A DNA stretch of 55,646 bases, the filler included, from Sanchytrium tribonematis (Eukaryota): assembly GCA_018985235.1 (NCBI GenBank). It is 4 parts of 4 records of this genome, joined end to end, with 100 filler letters (N's around TTAATTAATTAA, not from the genome) between each part and the next. Parts side by side here need not be neighbours in the genome. Positions count along the whole stretch, not along the records: positions 14,024 to 27,940 come from JADGIG010000180.1; positions 28,041 to 41,794 come from JADGIG010000181.1; 2 more parts are not named here. One strand, written 5' to 3'. The notes under the pieces were generated by a model, which had not been told where the DNA came from, made no database searches, and saw only the letters and a program-made list of their open reading frames with translations. Made by a program: the position numbers and the translations under genes. Positions 21,534-33,753 of this stretch are shown here, one piece after another; position 1 is the first letter of the stretch, and each line of letters starts with the position of its first letter.

Positions 21534-22394
21534 TTAGTATTTTTCAAACCGCTGCATGGCTTGTAACCTTGTAAGTTTTAAAAACCCAGGAAAATGCCCT
21601 GCTTTGTGTAAATTTTCGAGAGCAATATTAAATAGTTCTCGAACTCTGTCGATTTGCCAACTTGAGTGACTTAAATTTCGACCATATTCCATCGGATCTT
21701 CAATAAATAGTCCCACCTGCTTTTCGTTAAAATACACACCGCGACTTGTGATGAGAGCATTTGACCAATTTAAGCAGCAATAAAACTCTAAAAATCGAGT
21801 CAGCAATTTGCTATAAGACGTGCTACATGAGAGGTCAGTGAATTGATGAAATAGCGCGATCATCATGACAGAAATACAGTAGGTGTTTAATCCTCCGTTT
21901 TTTATGCTATCAAGATCGTGCTCGTGTAAAAAATGCTTCAGCAACTGAATAATCAGTCTAGTCTTTGGAAAATTATCGATAAATTTCTTCATAAATTCAC
22001 CTTTAGCCACACCATCGGTGTTGCAAGTTAATTGGACAACAAAAGATTTTTTGTGCATTGTCAAGACAGGTATTTTGGCATCTTTCAAAAGATTATAATT
22101 CCATCCATCTAGTTTCTTTGGAATGTCAGACAACAATTGAACAAGACTATCTTTACCAGACCTCGTCTTATCTACAGTTACATTTAAGTCGATGTCTGAA
22201 TAGGGCAGAGCCGTATTGCTTGATATTGAACCAAAAAGTTCGACTTTTAATTTATAAAAGTATTCTATCTTTTGTACAAAGTATGCAAGAATCTGCTGTC
22301 TTTCCAAAACCTCTTTCTTTGTAGACCGAGCGAAGTCTTTGTGGAAATTTAGAATTTGAGTTTCTAAAGAGTTTTGTTTTTGATTGACAGGCAT
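21534..22394 (-). CDS. Non-canonical poly(A) polymerase (Trf4/PAPD5-like)
   Basis: FGS...LPYSDIDL, GGLNTY, IEDP..NLS. Confidence 0.8.
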   Translation of the reverse strand: MPVNQKQNSLETQILNFHKDFARSTKKEVLERQQILAYFVQKIEYFYKLKVELFGSISSNTALPYSDIDLNVTVDKTRSGKDSLVQLLSDIPKKLDGWNYNLLKDAKIPVLTMHKKSFVVQLTCNTDGVAKGEFMKKFIDNFPKTRLIIQLLKHFLHEHDLDSIKNGGLNTYCISVMMIALFHQFTDLSCSTSYSKLLTRFLEFYCCLNWSNALITSRGVYFNEKQVGLFIEDPMEYGRNLSHSSWQIDRVRELFNIALENLHKAGHFPGFLKLTRLQAMQRFEKY

Positions 22395-22555
22395 TGATTC
22401 AAGGAGAAAATTTCGCTAGTTTCAATTTAATCTGTTAATTATTTGAATTTTCAGAAAGAATTATTGAATACCTTGCTCGTTAATTATTTGTTAAGTGATT
22501 TATTAAATATGGCAAATTAAAGGAGATTTGAAACAAATATATAAATTTTGAAGTC

Positions 22556-25127
22556 ATGGTGGAAGTGTCAGAATTTCAAATATTAAGCACATACAAAATC
22601 AATAATTTAAATCCTGAATATTGGATGGATATTCAGATTGACGATATTGCTGTTGATACGAACAATGTAATGACGGGTGCAGTAGTTGCTGATTCTGACC
22701 CATTAGGCGTATACTCATCAGTACTGGAGCAATCTTCATCAAAAGAAAAAAAGACTAGGGCTACGTCAATATTTATTAGGGATAATGTAGTATTAGATGG
22801 TACAGTAAATATACAAGGAATTGTACAAAATCAAAATTTGATGATATTCCACCCTCAATTTGATCCTTTCTTATTTCTCTTAAAGGTGCATGCAGATACC
22901 ACATATCATGACATTGCCGTAGGTATGAAAAAATTAGAGCAAGATGTAGAGGAAAATAAAGACGAATTGAGAACTTTGATAAGAAATCACTTTGATCAAT
23001 TTATTCTCGCTCAAAAGATTGTGGAAGCACTTCACGATGACATGAGAAAAAAGTATCAAAATGAAATTCCGAAAGAAGTTTCTAAATTTGCACGTTCTGT
23101 ACGAGAAACGCAAATTAAATTCAAAGAACAAATGCAACCTTTATTAGAAAGAAATGATAGGATTCAGGGAGTGCAGGAATCTCTGAGAGCACTGGAAAAA
23201 GTTAAAGTATTTTCTGATATACCGAATCAAATCAAAGACTTTAGAGCCAAGAAAAAGTACGAGAGCAGTGTAATATTATTTCACCAGGGTAAAAGAATGC
23301 TTTCAGAGGTTCTTAAAAGTAACAATCCGTCAAAAATTCAGTATTTTAATCTAGTCTGGACTTCTGCTTTGGAGCAAATTACAATTATGCAGAATGAGCT
23401 TATGGAACTTCTTGAAGACGATCAAGGAAATCAAGAAGACACTTTAATCTTGTTAATGGAGCTTGAATTTTCGGATGTTGCTCTTTGGAACTTTATAGAA
23501 GAAAGAAGTAAAAGACTTATGAGATCAATTAGTCAGGATATAATTGCGATTAGTACCCTGGTAGTAAAGGAAGAAAATCATGATGAAGTCATTCATAGCG
23601 ACGAGACAAAAGATGCCATTACAAAAATTTTAAAGTCATCAAACGCTAGGTCCATAGAATTGGCCTATAGTAAAAAAACAGAGTTCATTTTCTGGAAGCG
23701 AATTTATGAAATTACCCAAAGTATTGTGGAAACACTTTGCGGCCCATTTAATGATTTTTGGAAGCTAACTCAGATCTTCTTGGGGGAAAATTTTAAAGAT
23801 ATAGAATTTAAAGAACCCCAAAAACTACCAGAATTAGAGAAAACTAAAACGTTAATTGAAGAACTTGTAACATTTATTAGTGATAAAGTAACTGATTTCT
23901 GGCTTTTGAATGACTCTTCGTCGGTTTTTGATCAAAAATCGAAGTCTCCTTTATTACTTTGTTATTTTTTCGAAAGAATTTTAAATGAACTTAGTCGGGC
24001 AGAAAGAGATTTGTCATCCATGAAATTTTCCAACGGGGAATTAGGCTCGAAGAAAATATTAGCTGTTTTTGAGAGAATAAAACTCAAAGGTCTCATGATC
24101 GCATCTTCCTCGTGGATCCAGGAATCCAAAGTTCTGGGGCAATCGTCAAATCATATCGATGCTTCAGAATTTCAGGAATTTGACAATGCCACGCTAAATT
24201 TGTTTTCGCTTTATCAAAGACAAGTTTTGAAGGATATTTTAAGCATAGCTTCATATTCTAGTATTCTAGATGGTGATATTTTAAGTCCTACAGATATTGT
24301 CAGTTTTTATAGTGATAACTCTGGAAACAACATCCATCCAATGATAATTGAAAAAATTAGAGATTCTTTTGTTGATTCATTACATAATTTTATTGAGGAG
24401 ATGACCAGATCTGTCACCGAAAGTTCCGAAAAAATGAAAACAGATGATTCTCTTCCTCTAAAATGTCTTGCACAGATAAGAATACTGAAAGAAAAATTGA
24501 TTCCCGATTTGATTGCTAGATTTCAAACTCAAACTCAGACATCCCTGTCATCATCTGCTTTAAAGGTTTTCAAACTTATCAATGATATGGATGAATCAAT
24601 ATTTCTAGTTTACGTTGCTTCAAAAAGCGCATTCGTTCAATCGGAAATCGAGAAAACTTGGAATATGAAAACTTTTAATTGGTGCATGATAAGAGAACCT
24701 CAACGTTTATTGTACTAATTTAGAAATACGTCCGTATATTTTGACTATATTGACAGAGTTTGTTTTGATTTACACAGAAATCATCAAATTGAGCAAAAAA
24801 ATGTTACATCGAGTTATGGAAACTCTGATCGAACGATTTGCCGAAGCGCAAGAAAATCAAATTAATAGTGTTACCAATTGGTCACTGGGAGGACTTTTGC
24901 AAGTTTTGATGGAAATTGAGTTCTTAACTTTGGTATTAGAACACTATTTATCTGATAGAGCCAGTCGACTTTTTCACGAATTATACCAACAAATTAAGGC
25001 AAAAACAGTTGCCATTCAAAGCGGAATTGATAGTACTAGCTTGCAGAAAGGACTAGAAGTAGTTAAGTCTACAATCAAGAATACTCATGAGACCACTTCT
25101 GTCCAATTTATATGCTTTAAACAGTAA
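22556..25127 (+). CDS. SEC5: Exocyst subunit Sec5/EXOC2 (exons 22556-24704, 24724-25127)
   Basis: DPLG, FDPFLFLLKVH, LIRNHFDQFI; spliced IRPYILTIL, GGLLQVLMEIEF. Confidence 0.85.
24705..24723 (+). other. 19-nt intron GTTTATTGTACTAATTTAG
   Basis: Joins frames; contains TACTAAT. Confidence 0.85.
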
Positions 25128-25135
25128 AAGTTGCT

Positions 25136-26870
25136 TTATTCTTTTAATTTTAAATTTTTCAAATCCAATTCATTATTGTGTTCAGGCTTCATAGCTAAAT
25201 TAATTAATAATACCAGGAAACAATAAAACCTCTTTGATGTTATTTGCATCAGATAAAAACATAGTGATTCTGTCAATTCCACAACCCCAGCCCGCAGTAG
25301 GCGGTAGCCCATAGGAAAGTGCTGTAATAAAATTTTCGTCTACCATTTGTGCTTCGTCATCACCAGCAGCTTTGTCTTGCGCCTGCTGCTCAAATCTTTC
25401 ACGTTGGTCAAAAGGATCGTTCAATTCCGTGTAAGCATTACAAATCTCTTTTGTAGCCACAAACAATTCAAATCTTTCACACAATCCCGGAATGCTTCGA
25501 TGCTTTTTGGCTAAAGGACTCATAATCATAGGGTGTTCTGTTATGAATGTTGGATTAATACATTCAGATTCAATAAATTCACCAACAAGCTTATCTAACA
25601 ATCGAGCCGCAGTTCTTGGAGAGCTGCAATCTACACTGTGTTTCACACAAATATCATCAAGAAACTTTCGGGCTTCTTCCTTGTCAAGGGTGTCAGCAGG
25701 AGGAAATTTTACGTTTAATTTAGATTCCAAAGTCGGAATCATAGGAAGACGCTTAAAAGGACCAGAAAAATTAATCTCGTAACATTTGTCAGAATCAGGT
25801 TCTGGATGATATTTAACAATATGACCTCCAGTAACTGACTTGGCCATTCCGCTTATCATTGTTTCGGTCATATCCATGAGATCATACATGTCAGCATAAG
25901 CCATGTAAAATTCGCATGTTGTAAATTCTGGATTATGTGTTAAATCAATTGATTCATTTCTGAATTGCCGACCAATTTCATAGACTCTGTCAAGTCCACC
26001 AACAACAAGCATTTTCAAATATAGCTCAGGGGCAATTCGCAGGAATAAGTCCAAATTGAGATCATTGTGGTGCGTGATAAAAGGCTTTGCTGTAGCACCA
26101 CCAGCAATCATGCTCATCTGTGGTGTTTCGACCTCTAAAAATCTTTGCTCGTCCAAAAATCGTCGAATATATTGAATCACCTTGGTCCTGGTGATAAATC
26201 GTTCACGGACCTCAGAATTCATAATTAAATCAAGGTAGCGCTGTCTATATCTGATTTCTTGATCCTTTAGGCCATATTGTTGCTTTGGTAACATATGACA
26301 ACACGGTGTAAGCAAAGCAGTATCATGGGCGAATATACTTAATTCGCCTGCTTTTGATTTTCCAGGAATTCCCTTGACACCAATAATGTCTCCCCTACGA
26401 ATCTGAGAATGAATTGTCTTGAAGTCTAATTTTCCCGTATGATCTTTCAAATTTGCAACGGCCTGAATTTTAACACCATCACAATGAATATCATAGAAAA
26501 TAAGCTTCGACCCAGCTGTCCTGATGGAATGAATTCTACCGGCAATACTTTCTGTGGTTTCTTCTCTTCGTTCCGATTCTTTTAAATGGTTATACTTTTC
26601 AATATAAATTGGCAGTGACACAGAGACACTGAATTTGTGAGGATAATACATTTCTTTCGGAAGAGTTTTGATACTCTGTGTACGGATTTCGTAATACTGA
26701 TTTGGTGTCAAATCGTCCATATTGATAGTTTCGCCATCTTTTTGCTGGGAGGCAAGTTTTTCCTTCTTTTCGGCTTCCTTTTTCCTTTGTTTTTGACGTC
26801 TTTTATATTCACTTTTACTCACATACTCTTTTGTGACTTCATCTAACATTTGCCGCTGTTCTTCAGACAT
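25136..26870 (-). CDS. KRS1: Cytosolic lysyl-tRNA synthetase (exons 26870-25214, 25194-25136)
   Basis: [20 protein letters not shown]; spliced EVLLFP-AMKP. Confidence 0.96.
25195..25213 (-). other. 19-nt intron GTATTATTAATTAATTTAG
   Basis: Restores conserved LLFPAMKP. Confidence 0.93.
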
Positions 26871-27014
26871 ATTTGTTTTATCGGGGAAGTTTTGATGAGA
26901 GCTTTGTGATTACTATTGACATAGCTGTGTAAGTAATAATGACATTAAGCAACATGGAATTCAAATCTTTTTAGTACAGGAACTCTGAGTTAAAATTTTA
27001 ACTTGAAACTTGAA

Positions 27015-27940
27015 ATGAAGTTCAACAACCAGCCACTGCGGCAGACCTTAGAGCAATATATATTAGAACAGAATCAATTTGGCTCCCAGACATTTGAAGA
27101 TCTTAAACTCACACAGCGTAGCCCGATCAAAAGAAGAAAATTCAGCCAAAATGATAATAATATAATGAAAAAAATATCCAAGTCCTCTCAAAAGTCAATT
27201 TGCGGCGAAAAGTTAGAATTCGATGAAAATAAATCAGGCTTCTGCGCCGAAAAATTAACAGCAAAATCAGAAAAAATTACGCAATTAGAAATATTAGAAC
27301 CATTAATAGGCGATGAAAATAAGGATCGATTTAGAGCCTCTGCTTTCAAAAAATCAAATGGGGAGGCAATAAAACAGCCTGATGCTTTAGCGTTAAATAA
27401 TGCAGCTAAGATTTTCTACAACTCAGATCTAGAAACTGCCAAAACATCGCTTTTCAAAAAATCAAATGGAAAAGGAATAGTGAAACCTGACACTACAGCA
27501 CTGCAGAAGGCTTCGAAAGTCATAATTGCTCCTGATAGGACTTTAAAAAACTTAGAAATTGCTAACTCATCCCTCTTCACCAAATCAAATGGAAGAGCAA
27601 TTAAAAATTCTGAATATGTAGATCTGGTTAATACTTCTAGCAATATCATGGATTCTGATCAGAAATCAAAAATTGAAGAAAGTGCACAGGGTGTAGATCC
27701 GATCAATGGTGCTAATATTATAATGGAGTCTGGACAGAAACCAAAAATCAAAAAAAGCGCCAAATCTTCGCTTTTTACAAAATCAAATGGTAAATTAGTG
27801 CAAAGACCTAATGCTGAATTAATTGATCATGCATCCAAGCTTTTCAAAACTTCTGAAGAACCGCTTAAAAACATGGATATTGAAAAAATTTCACTTTCAA
27901 CTAAAATAGCAACCGATAAATTATCGGAAAATTCTTTTAT
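27015..27940 (+). CDS. BRCA2-like protein N-terminus with 4 BRC-like repeats (truncated by contig end)
   Basis: Repeats FKKSNGE..ALNNAAKIF, FKKSNGK..ALQKASKVI, FTKSNGR.., FTKSNGK..LIDHASKLF. Confidence 0.65.
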
Positions 27941-28040
27941 NNNNNNNNNNNNNNNNNNNNNNNNNNNNNNNNNNNNNNNNNNNNTTAATTAATTAANNNN
28001 NNNNNNNNNNNNNNNNNNNNNNNNNNNNNNNNNNNNNNNN
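27941..28040. other. Artificial contig spacer
   Basis: N-TTAATTAATTAA-N, 100 nt. Confidence 0.98.
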
Positions 28041-29309
28041 TATAAATTGATTGTTGGATGCATCTAAATAAGTTGTAGCACCAGTCACATTTAATGTGCC
28101 ATTGAATGTATTGAAGCTGACATCTACAGTGGCAACATTGGTAGAAATAGTTGCATTTCCATAAAAGAAGCTGTGGGATACATTTAAATAGACTAAACTG
28201 GCTGGTAAAACTGGTAATTTTCCTTGCATTTTCGTATTAGACACATCTAAATGCTCTAAATTTGGTGGTAGATCTGGCAAAAGACCAGAGAATAAATTTT
28301 GTGAAATATCAATATAGGTGAATGTAGGGGCTAGAAACACAATTGATCCACTTATAGAATTGTTGGAGACATCTAGAATTCTTATATAAAATTGAGAAAC
28401 ATAGGATACAGCTGATATTTGATTATTTGCTAAATTTAATATTTCAACAGCATTGGAACCGATGTAGAATGCCCCTTTTAATAAATTGTTATTTGCATAA
28501 AATTGACTTACCCCATTTGGTATTGATGGGAATGAGCTAAATAAATTGTATGAAATATCAATAACATCCAAATTAGACGAAAATGAAGAAATATACGAGA
28601 TTGAATTTCGAGATACATTTAAAACAGTCAATGGACCATTAGACGAAACTATGCTGATTCCAGTCAAAAAATTAAAGCCCGCATTAAATTCTCTACATCC
28701 AATTGGAATAAGCGGAGCGCCCGTAAAGGAATTATTTGACAAATCCAGAAATTGAGTCGGATATAATAAGGACAGAAATATAACCCCCCTAAATTGGTTA
28801 TTAGCACCTCTGAGCTGAATAATAGACGACATTCCTGGTAATGTTCCACCAAATTGATTGTTGGAAATTGACACATTTGTGAAAATAAAACTTGAAATGT
28901 TTCCACTTAATAAATTATCATTTGCAATAAATGTCTTCATACTAGCTGGTGCAGAGGTAGGATACTCACCCGTTAACTGGTTGAAACTGACATCTAAAGT
29001 GTTGAATGAAGTCCATCCACTTGGTCCACCTGGAATCACAGGGACCGGACCTGTAATTTGATTGTGACTCACATCTATATAGATTAAGGATGATAATCCA
29101 TTTGGTAAACTAGACGGAAATGAGCCAGTGAGACCCATTCTTGTGAAATTGAGGGATAAAATCGCAGTTTTTCCAGAATTACAATTAATCCCTGGTAGCG
29201 TACAGCAATTTGATATAGAATATCCTACCAAGCCCAAGCTAGTCGCTATATTACCTGCAATATTACATTCTGTAGAAAGAAATCCAAAGAAAAACTGTAG
29301 AAAGAGCAT
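28041..29309 (-). CDS. Secreted/surface leucine-rich repeat protein (3' truncated)
   Basis: MLFLQFFFG leader, CC..GINC N-cap, repeats LDVSxNQLTG/LxGxxP. Confidence 0.85.
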
Positions 29310-29345
29310 CGCGTTTTTAAAAAATGGCTTGGAATGGGTAATTAT

Positions 29346-29759
29346 TTATTTTTTACCTCGAGTCAATGGCTGTCCAATATCTTTACCACGTAGTTTGACA
29401 CCTAGTACACGCTCTAATTTACCCAATACTTGCTGATTAGGCTTAGATTTACCACTTTCCAAATCAGAAACAACTTGCTGTTTCTCGTTTATTTTAGTGG
29501 CTAGATCTTTTTGAGTCATTTTCTTATCTTGACGTGCTTGTTGTATGGCTCTACTCACATCTAATGAGACAGTTTGGACCTTGTTGGGCTCATCTAAATC
29601 TGCTACTCGGGCTAAATGACTTCCTTCTACATTCACGGATTTGTTACCACTGTAAAATTCTTTCTTCTCACCTGCTTTTTGTTCTGATGGCTTCTTTGGT
29701 CTACTTTTACTACCTATAACAATTTTATCATCCCATCCAACATTAGAATGTTGCTGCAT
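29346..29759 (-). CDS. MBF1: Multiprotein bridging factor 1
   Basis: [22 protein letters not shown]...[16 protein letters not shown]. Confidence 0.95.
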   Translation of the reverse strand: MQQHSNVGWDDKIVIGSKSRPKKPSEQKAGEKKEFYSGNKSVNVEGSHLARVADLDEPNKVQTVSLDVSRAIQQARQDKKMTQKDLATKINEKQQVVSDLESGKSKPNQQVLGKLERVLGVKLRGKDIGQPLTRGKK

Positions 29760-30000
29760 TACACGGAGAAGTTCTAGAAAATTTACAAGTATTTGTCAAA
29801 ATCATTTGTTATACATTGAAAGGCACCGGTCTCATTATTTCTGGTCTATTCACATTCAATTTTGATCTAAATTAGTTTAAAAAATGGACTCAAAACTGAT
29901 CCAATCAAAAAACGACGTCGCTGTTTCATTTTAGAAATATTTTGATTTTCTTCACTAGGCCTTCAAAATTTTAGAAAAAGTCAAGAAATATTTTAAGCGC

Positions 30001-31150
30001 ATGTCTACTCAACAGCCAGACTCACAATTACCACATAATGTCTTACCTCACTATGAATTAAAAGAAATACTGGGAAAAGGCGCATTTGGTCAAATCTACT
30101 TAGCTACAAAGGATAACATAGATGTAGCCATCAAAATTGAATCACCATCTACTAAAAAACAAGTATTAAAACTAGAAACCAATATTTTAAAGAAATGTCA
30201 AGAAAGTCATTCTCCCTATTTTCTGACATTATTGGGACATGGTAGCTTTGAATATAAATCTAAATATTACCAATTCATGGTGATGCAATTAGCAGGTCAA
30301 AATTTAAGTGAAATTCGTAAAAAACAACAAAATCAACGATTTTCAATGGCCACTTCAGCACTTTTAATCAAAGAAATGATTTGTGCTATTCGTGATTTCC
30401 ATAAAGCAGGATATGTTCATAGAGATATCAAACCATCCAATTTTGCAATAGATAAACAAAAACAAGTCCCAAGAAGTAAAATTTACATTCTTGATTTTGG
30501 ATTGGCTCGTAAATTAATTAGAAGTGATGGACAGTTGAAACCACCTAGAAATGAAGCAGGATTCCGTGGTACTGCTAGATATGCCTCTATTGGTGCCCAT
30601 GATGGTAAAGATTTGTCTAAAATCGATGATTTATGGAGTTTGTTTTATGTCATGGTTGAATTTATGAAGGGCCAATTGCCATGGCGCAAAGAGAAAGAGA
30701 AGGAAAGAATCGGAGAAATGAAGAAAGTGATGACCACCATGCAATTACTCGTGGGATTGCCAGAACAAACTGTTTTATTTCTCAAATATTTAAAAACTCT
30801 AGATTATTTCAGTGAACCCAATTACGATTACATGATTAACTTATTTGATCAAATATTCGCAAGTACGGGTGAATCTAGTGATGTATGCTGGGATTGGGAG
30901 AGAGAAGTCTTTGAAACTGCAAGTTTGATGACGACAGAGGGATTACGCGGTATTTCTTCATTTCCAGCAGAGCGAGATGATAACTTATTAGATGTACTTG
31001 AAATTTATTTAGAAATCAGATAAAGAAGTGATTAATCCACCTATTGAAGAACCACCTCATTCTACAAGCACCCGATTTAGAAAATTTAGAAGAAGGGATA
31101 AAACATTTTTACAGAAAATATTAAAAAGTAATCATATTGGTGCCGTGTAA
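30001..31150 (+). CDS. Tau-tubulin kinase-like CK1-group kinase (exons 30001-30993, 31013-31150)
   Basis: HRDIKPSNF, DFGLAR, AGFRGTARYAS, DDLWSLFY. Confidence 0.85.
30994..31012 (+). other. 19-nt intron GTACTTGAAATTTATTTAG
   Basis: Fits consensus; opens a 46-codon exon ending TAA followed by AATAAA; no conserved motif to confirm. Confidence 0.7.
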
Positions 31151-31226
31151 ATAATAAATATTGTTTTTAATCAGTGATTCATTTATTTTATAAAATCAAG
31201 CCACATTTCAATATTTCCCCAGAAAC

Positions 31227-31916
31227 ATGAATTTATTCACTGCTGGTCTCATATTCGCGTTTATTATTTGTCATTTATATATATGGTCTACTAAAAAGAC
31301 TAAAATGTATATTTCTATGGCTCATTTACTCCATTTAATATTTATGAGTTTATTTCTCATTTGTGCAGTGGTTGATTCATTAAATGGTCCTTTGAAATCA
31401 ATTATGTTAATTATTGCCAATATAGAATCATTTGAATTACTTTATCCATTTATATTCAAATTAAAAAAGCATATTTTATGGATGATTTTCATTTTTAGTG
31501 TTTTAGAGTGGATTGCAGTTGGTATTTTAGCATTTAAAGGCTTCCAATTAACCAGTTTATCATGCGCACTCGTCTTATCCATATTCATTGATTTATTATA
31601 TACATTTAGACCCATTAAATCTCATGACACGCATGTTAGATTTTTTGCCATGATTAGTGCCGTATTCTGCTTATATCAAATATTTATATTGACAGTGCAT
31701 GGTGAAATGATTATGGAAATGTATATGGTGGTTCAAAGTGGGTTAATTTTGAGTTTGAATTATATTGAAGAATTGCCAATGCGGGGTCCTAAAATACCAT
31801 CTAGTAGTCGACATGTGGAATTAAAAGAGTATCCGAATGAATCTTATGTGAATGTGGATATTCCATCACCTGTGAGTGCCACGAGACGGGGATTTAGGGG
31901 AGACACTGTGGATTAA
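31227..31916 (+). CDS. Multi-pass membrane protein, unknown function
   Basis: ~6-7 hydrophobic segments; TTTCCCC before ATG. Confidence 0.7.
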   Translation: MNLFTAGLIFAFIICHLYIWSTKKTKMYISMAHLLHLIFMSLFLICAVVDSLNGPLKSIMLIIANIESFELLYPFIFKLKKHILWMIFIFSVLEWIAVGILAFKGFQLTSLSCALVLSIFIDLLYTFRPIKSHDTHVRFFAMISAVFCLYQIFILTVHGEMIMEMYMVVQSGLILSLNYIEELPMRGPKIPSSSRHVELKEYPNESYVNVDIPSPVSATRRGFRGDTVD

Positions 31917-31952
31917 AATAAAATTGAGAATTTTACTTATATTTAATTTGCT

Positions 31953-32912
31953 TTATTGAGGTAAATGACTAAAATCGACTTCTGTTTTCATTGAATGTTC
32001 TTGACTTTGTAAAAGATTAGATTGTGCCTCGGCTTCAATTTCTGTGAAACCTGTCGCGTTTCCTTCAATAAGTTCCAAAGGAAGCAAATTTATCACATTT
32101 GGATTGGTTGGTTTAAACGCATTCATAAATGGATCATAAAAGTCACGTGGGAGTAATTTTGAGTATTGTGAACCCAACCCTGGATCATTGAATTCAGCTG
32201 TGATTGATTTTATGGCTTTAATTTGCTTAATCTTATCTGTTGGTCTTTCTAAAAAGAAAACAATTACGAATCTGATCAAAAGTTTAGGAATGCTTCTAAA
32301 ATCATTTTTTAAAACAAACCGAAACAATGCAATCATTACAATTGGATAAATGTTACCTTGTGTAAACCTTTCATCCAACAGATTGAATGATCCAATGACA
32401 CTCGAGACTACCCTATCAATTTCAGTATAATCTGGCCCATACTGTTCTAATTTTACAGATGTGATTTTGTCCAACATATTAGGGATCCATTTGGCCAAAT
32501 AATACATCGAATTAACAGGATAAGCTGCGTCGAGATTAACAATTTGATACTGGTTAAAACCAATTTCAAATAAAGTCGTATAGCGTACTCTAGCGTCATA
32601 GAACGCATTGGCGCAGGAAACTAATGTTAAAAGATCATCAGTTCTTCTCTTTTGATTATAGCGCAAGGAAGATAAGTGTCCAATGGATTCCTGATGCCAA
32701 TTGTCACCGTGTCTATCATTAAAATGTGAAGGTATGTGTTTATAGCCCCTATTAGCAAAGCTACTTTCTAAACCGTGAGACGACTCATTCGATACTGCTT
32801 CCAATGGTGGACGTACTTCGCCTTCATATTGATTATTAGTTTCCTTTTGTGGCGATTCAGTGTATGGTTCATTCAAGTACATTCCAAATACACACAACAA
32901 TGCAAACAACAT
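31953..32912 (-). CDS. Lineage-specific putative secreted protein, family A copy 1
   Basis: MLFALLCVFG leader; homologous to 33754-34485 (FTQ..IY, IP.LL, FF..RP). Confidence 0.75.
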   Translation of the reverse strand: MLFALLCVFGMYLNEPYTESPQKETNNQYEGEVRPPLEAVSNESSHGLESSFANRGYKHIPSHFNDRHGDNWHQESIGHLSSLRYNQKRRTDDLLTLVSCANAFYDARVRYTTLFEIGFNQYQIVNLDAAYPVNSMYYLAKWIPNMLDKITSVKLEQYGPDYTEIDRVVSSVIGSFNLLDERFTQGNIYPIVMIALFRFVLKNDFRSIPKLLIRFVIVFFLERPTDKIKQIKAIKSITAEFNDPGLGSQYSKLLPRDFYDPFMNAFKPTNPNVINLLPLELIEGNATGFTEIEAEAQSNLLQSQEHSMKTEVDFSHLPQ

Positions 32913-33521
32913 GGGGGATGGACATCATGTCTCTTTTATAACAAATGGGGCAACACGTGGTTGTACAAATATACTCCGCTGCTAAATAGTCAAGTCGCAC
33001 ACAGGTGAGTACAACGAATTTGCAAATGGACGCCCCCGAAATGACTCAAACAATCAATCTACTTCCAAAATGTCAAAAATCCATTTATTTGCCCAATTGA
33101 CTCAATCATTTATATAATTCTCTGACTACGACGCTGGTCAACTCGATTCGTATACCTCTAAAGTCATTTAAAATCAAATGGGACCTTAGGTGCGATTGCG
33201 CAATCTATTTTACTAAAATCCTTTATAAAATAGTATTCTTTTATTTATTAAGTTATGATTGTTTTCGGTGGTCATTTTGCAGTTTAAAATAGGCAATGAT
33301 TTTGTAAAATCCATTTAATAGCTCTATTAGTTTCTGTCATCAATTTGCTACTATAATTCCTATGGAACATGTGGTTGTACATGATTTACAATTTGAAATT
33401 TGATTGGCAAAATCCCAATTTTTTTGACAATTAATGTAATCAATAGATTATGAAAATAGAAAGAATCAGATCATTCTTTAGTCAATTGGATTGTTAGTAT
33501 TCATTAAATTTCCACATATAT

Positions 33522-33719
33522 TTATTCATTTTTATAACGCCACTGTTGATAACGATCTTCAACCCAGTTCTCCACAAAAACATTCTCAATTTGAATTAAA
33601 CCAGTGAATGGATCATCAAATTGTGTTTGTGGGAGATAAACACATCCTACGGCCCATGTTTTCCAATTGCTACCATATAATTTTGTAAAATATGTGATGG
33701 ATCCATCTTGTTGACCTCT
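33522..33719 (-). pseudogene. Start-less 3' coding fragment (RGQQDGSITY...WVEDRYQQWRYKNE*)
   Basis: 66 open codons, protein-like, stop overlapping AATAAA, no ATG. Confidence 0.4.
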
Positions 33720-33753
33720 ATTTTTATTTGTTATTGTTAAATTAAAAATAAGT

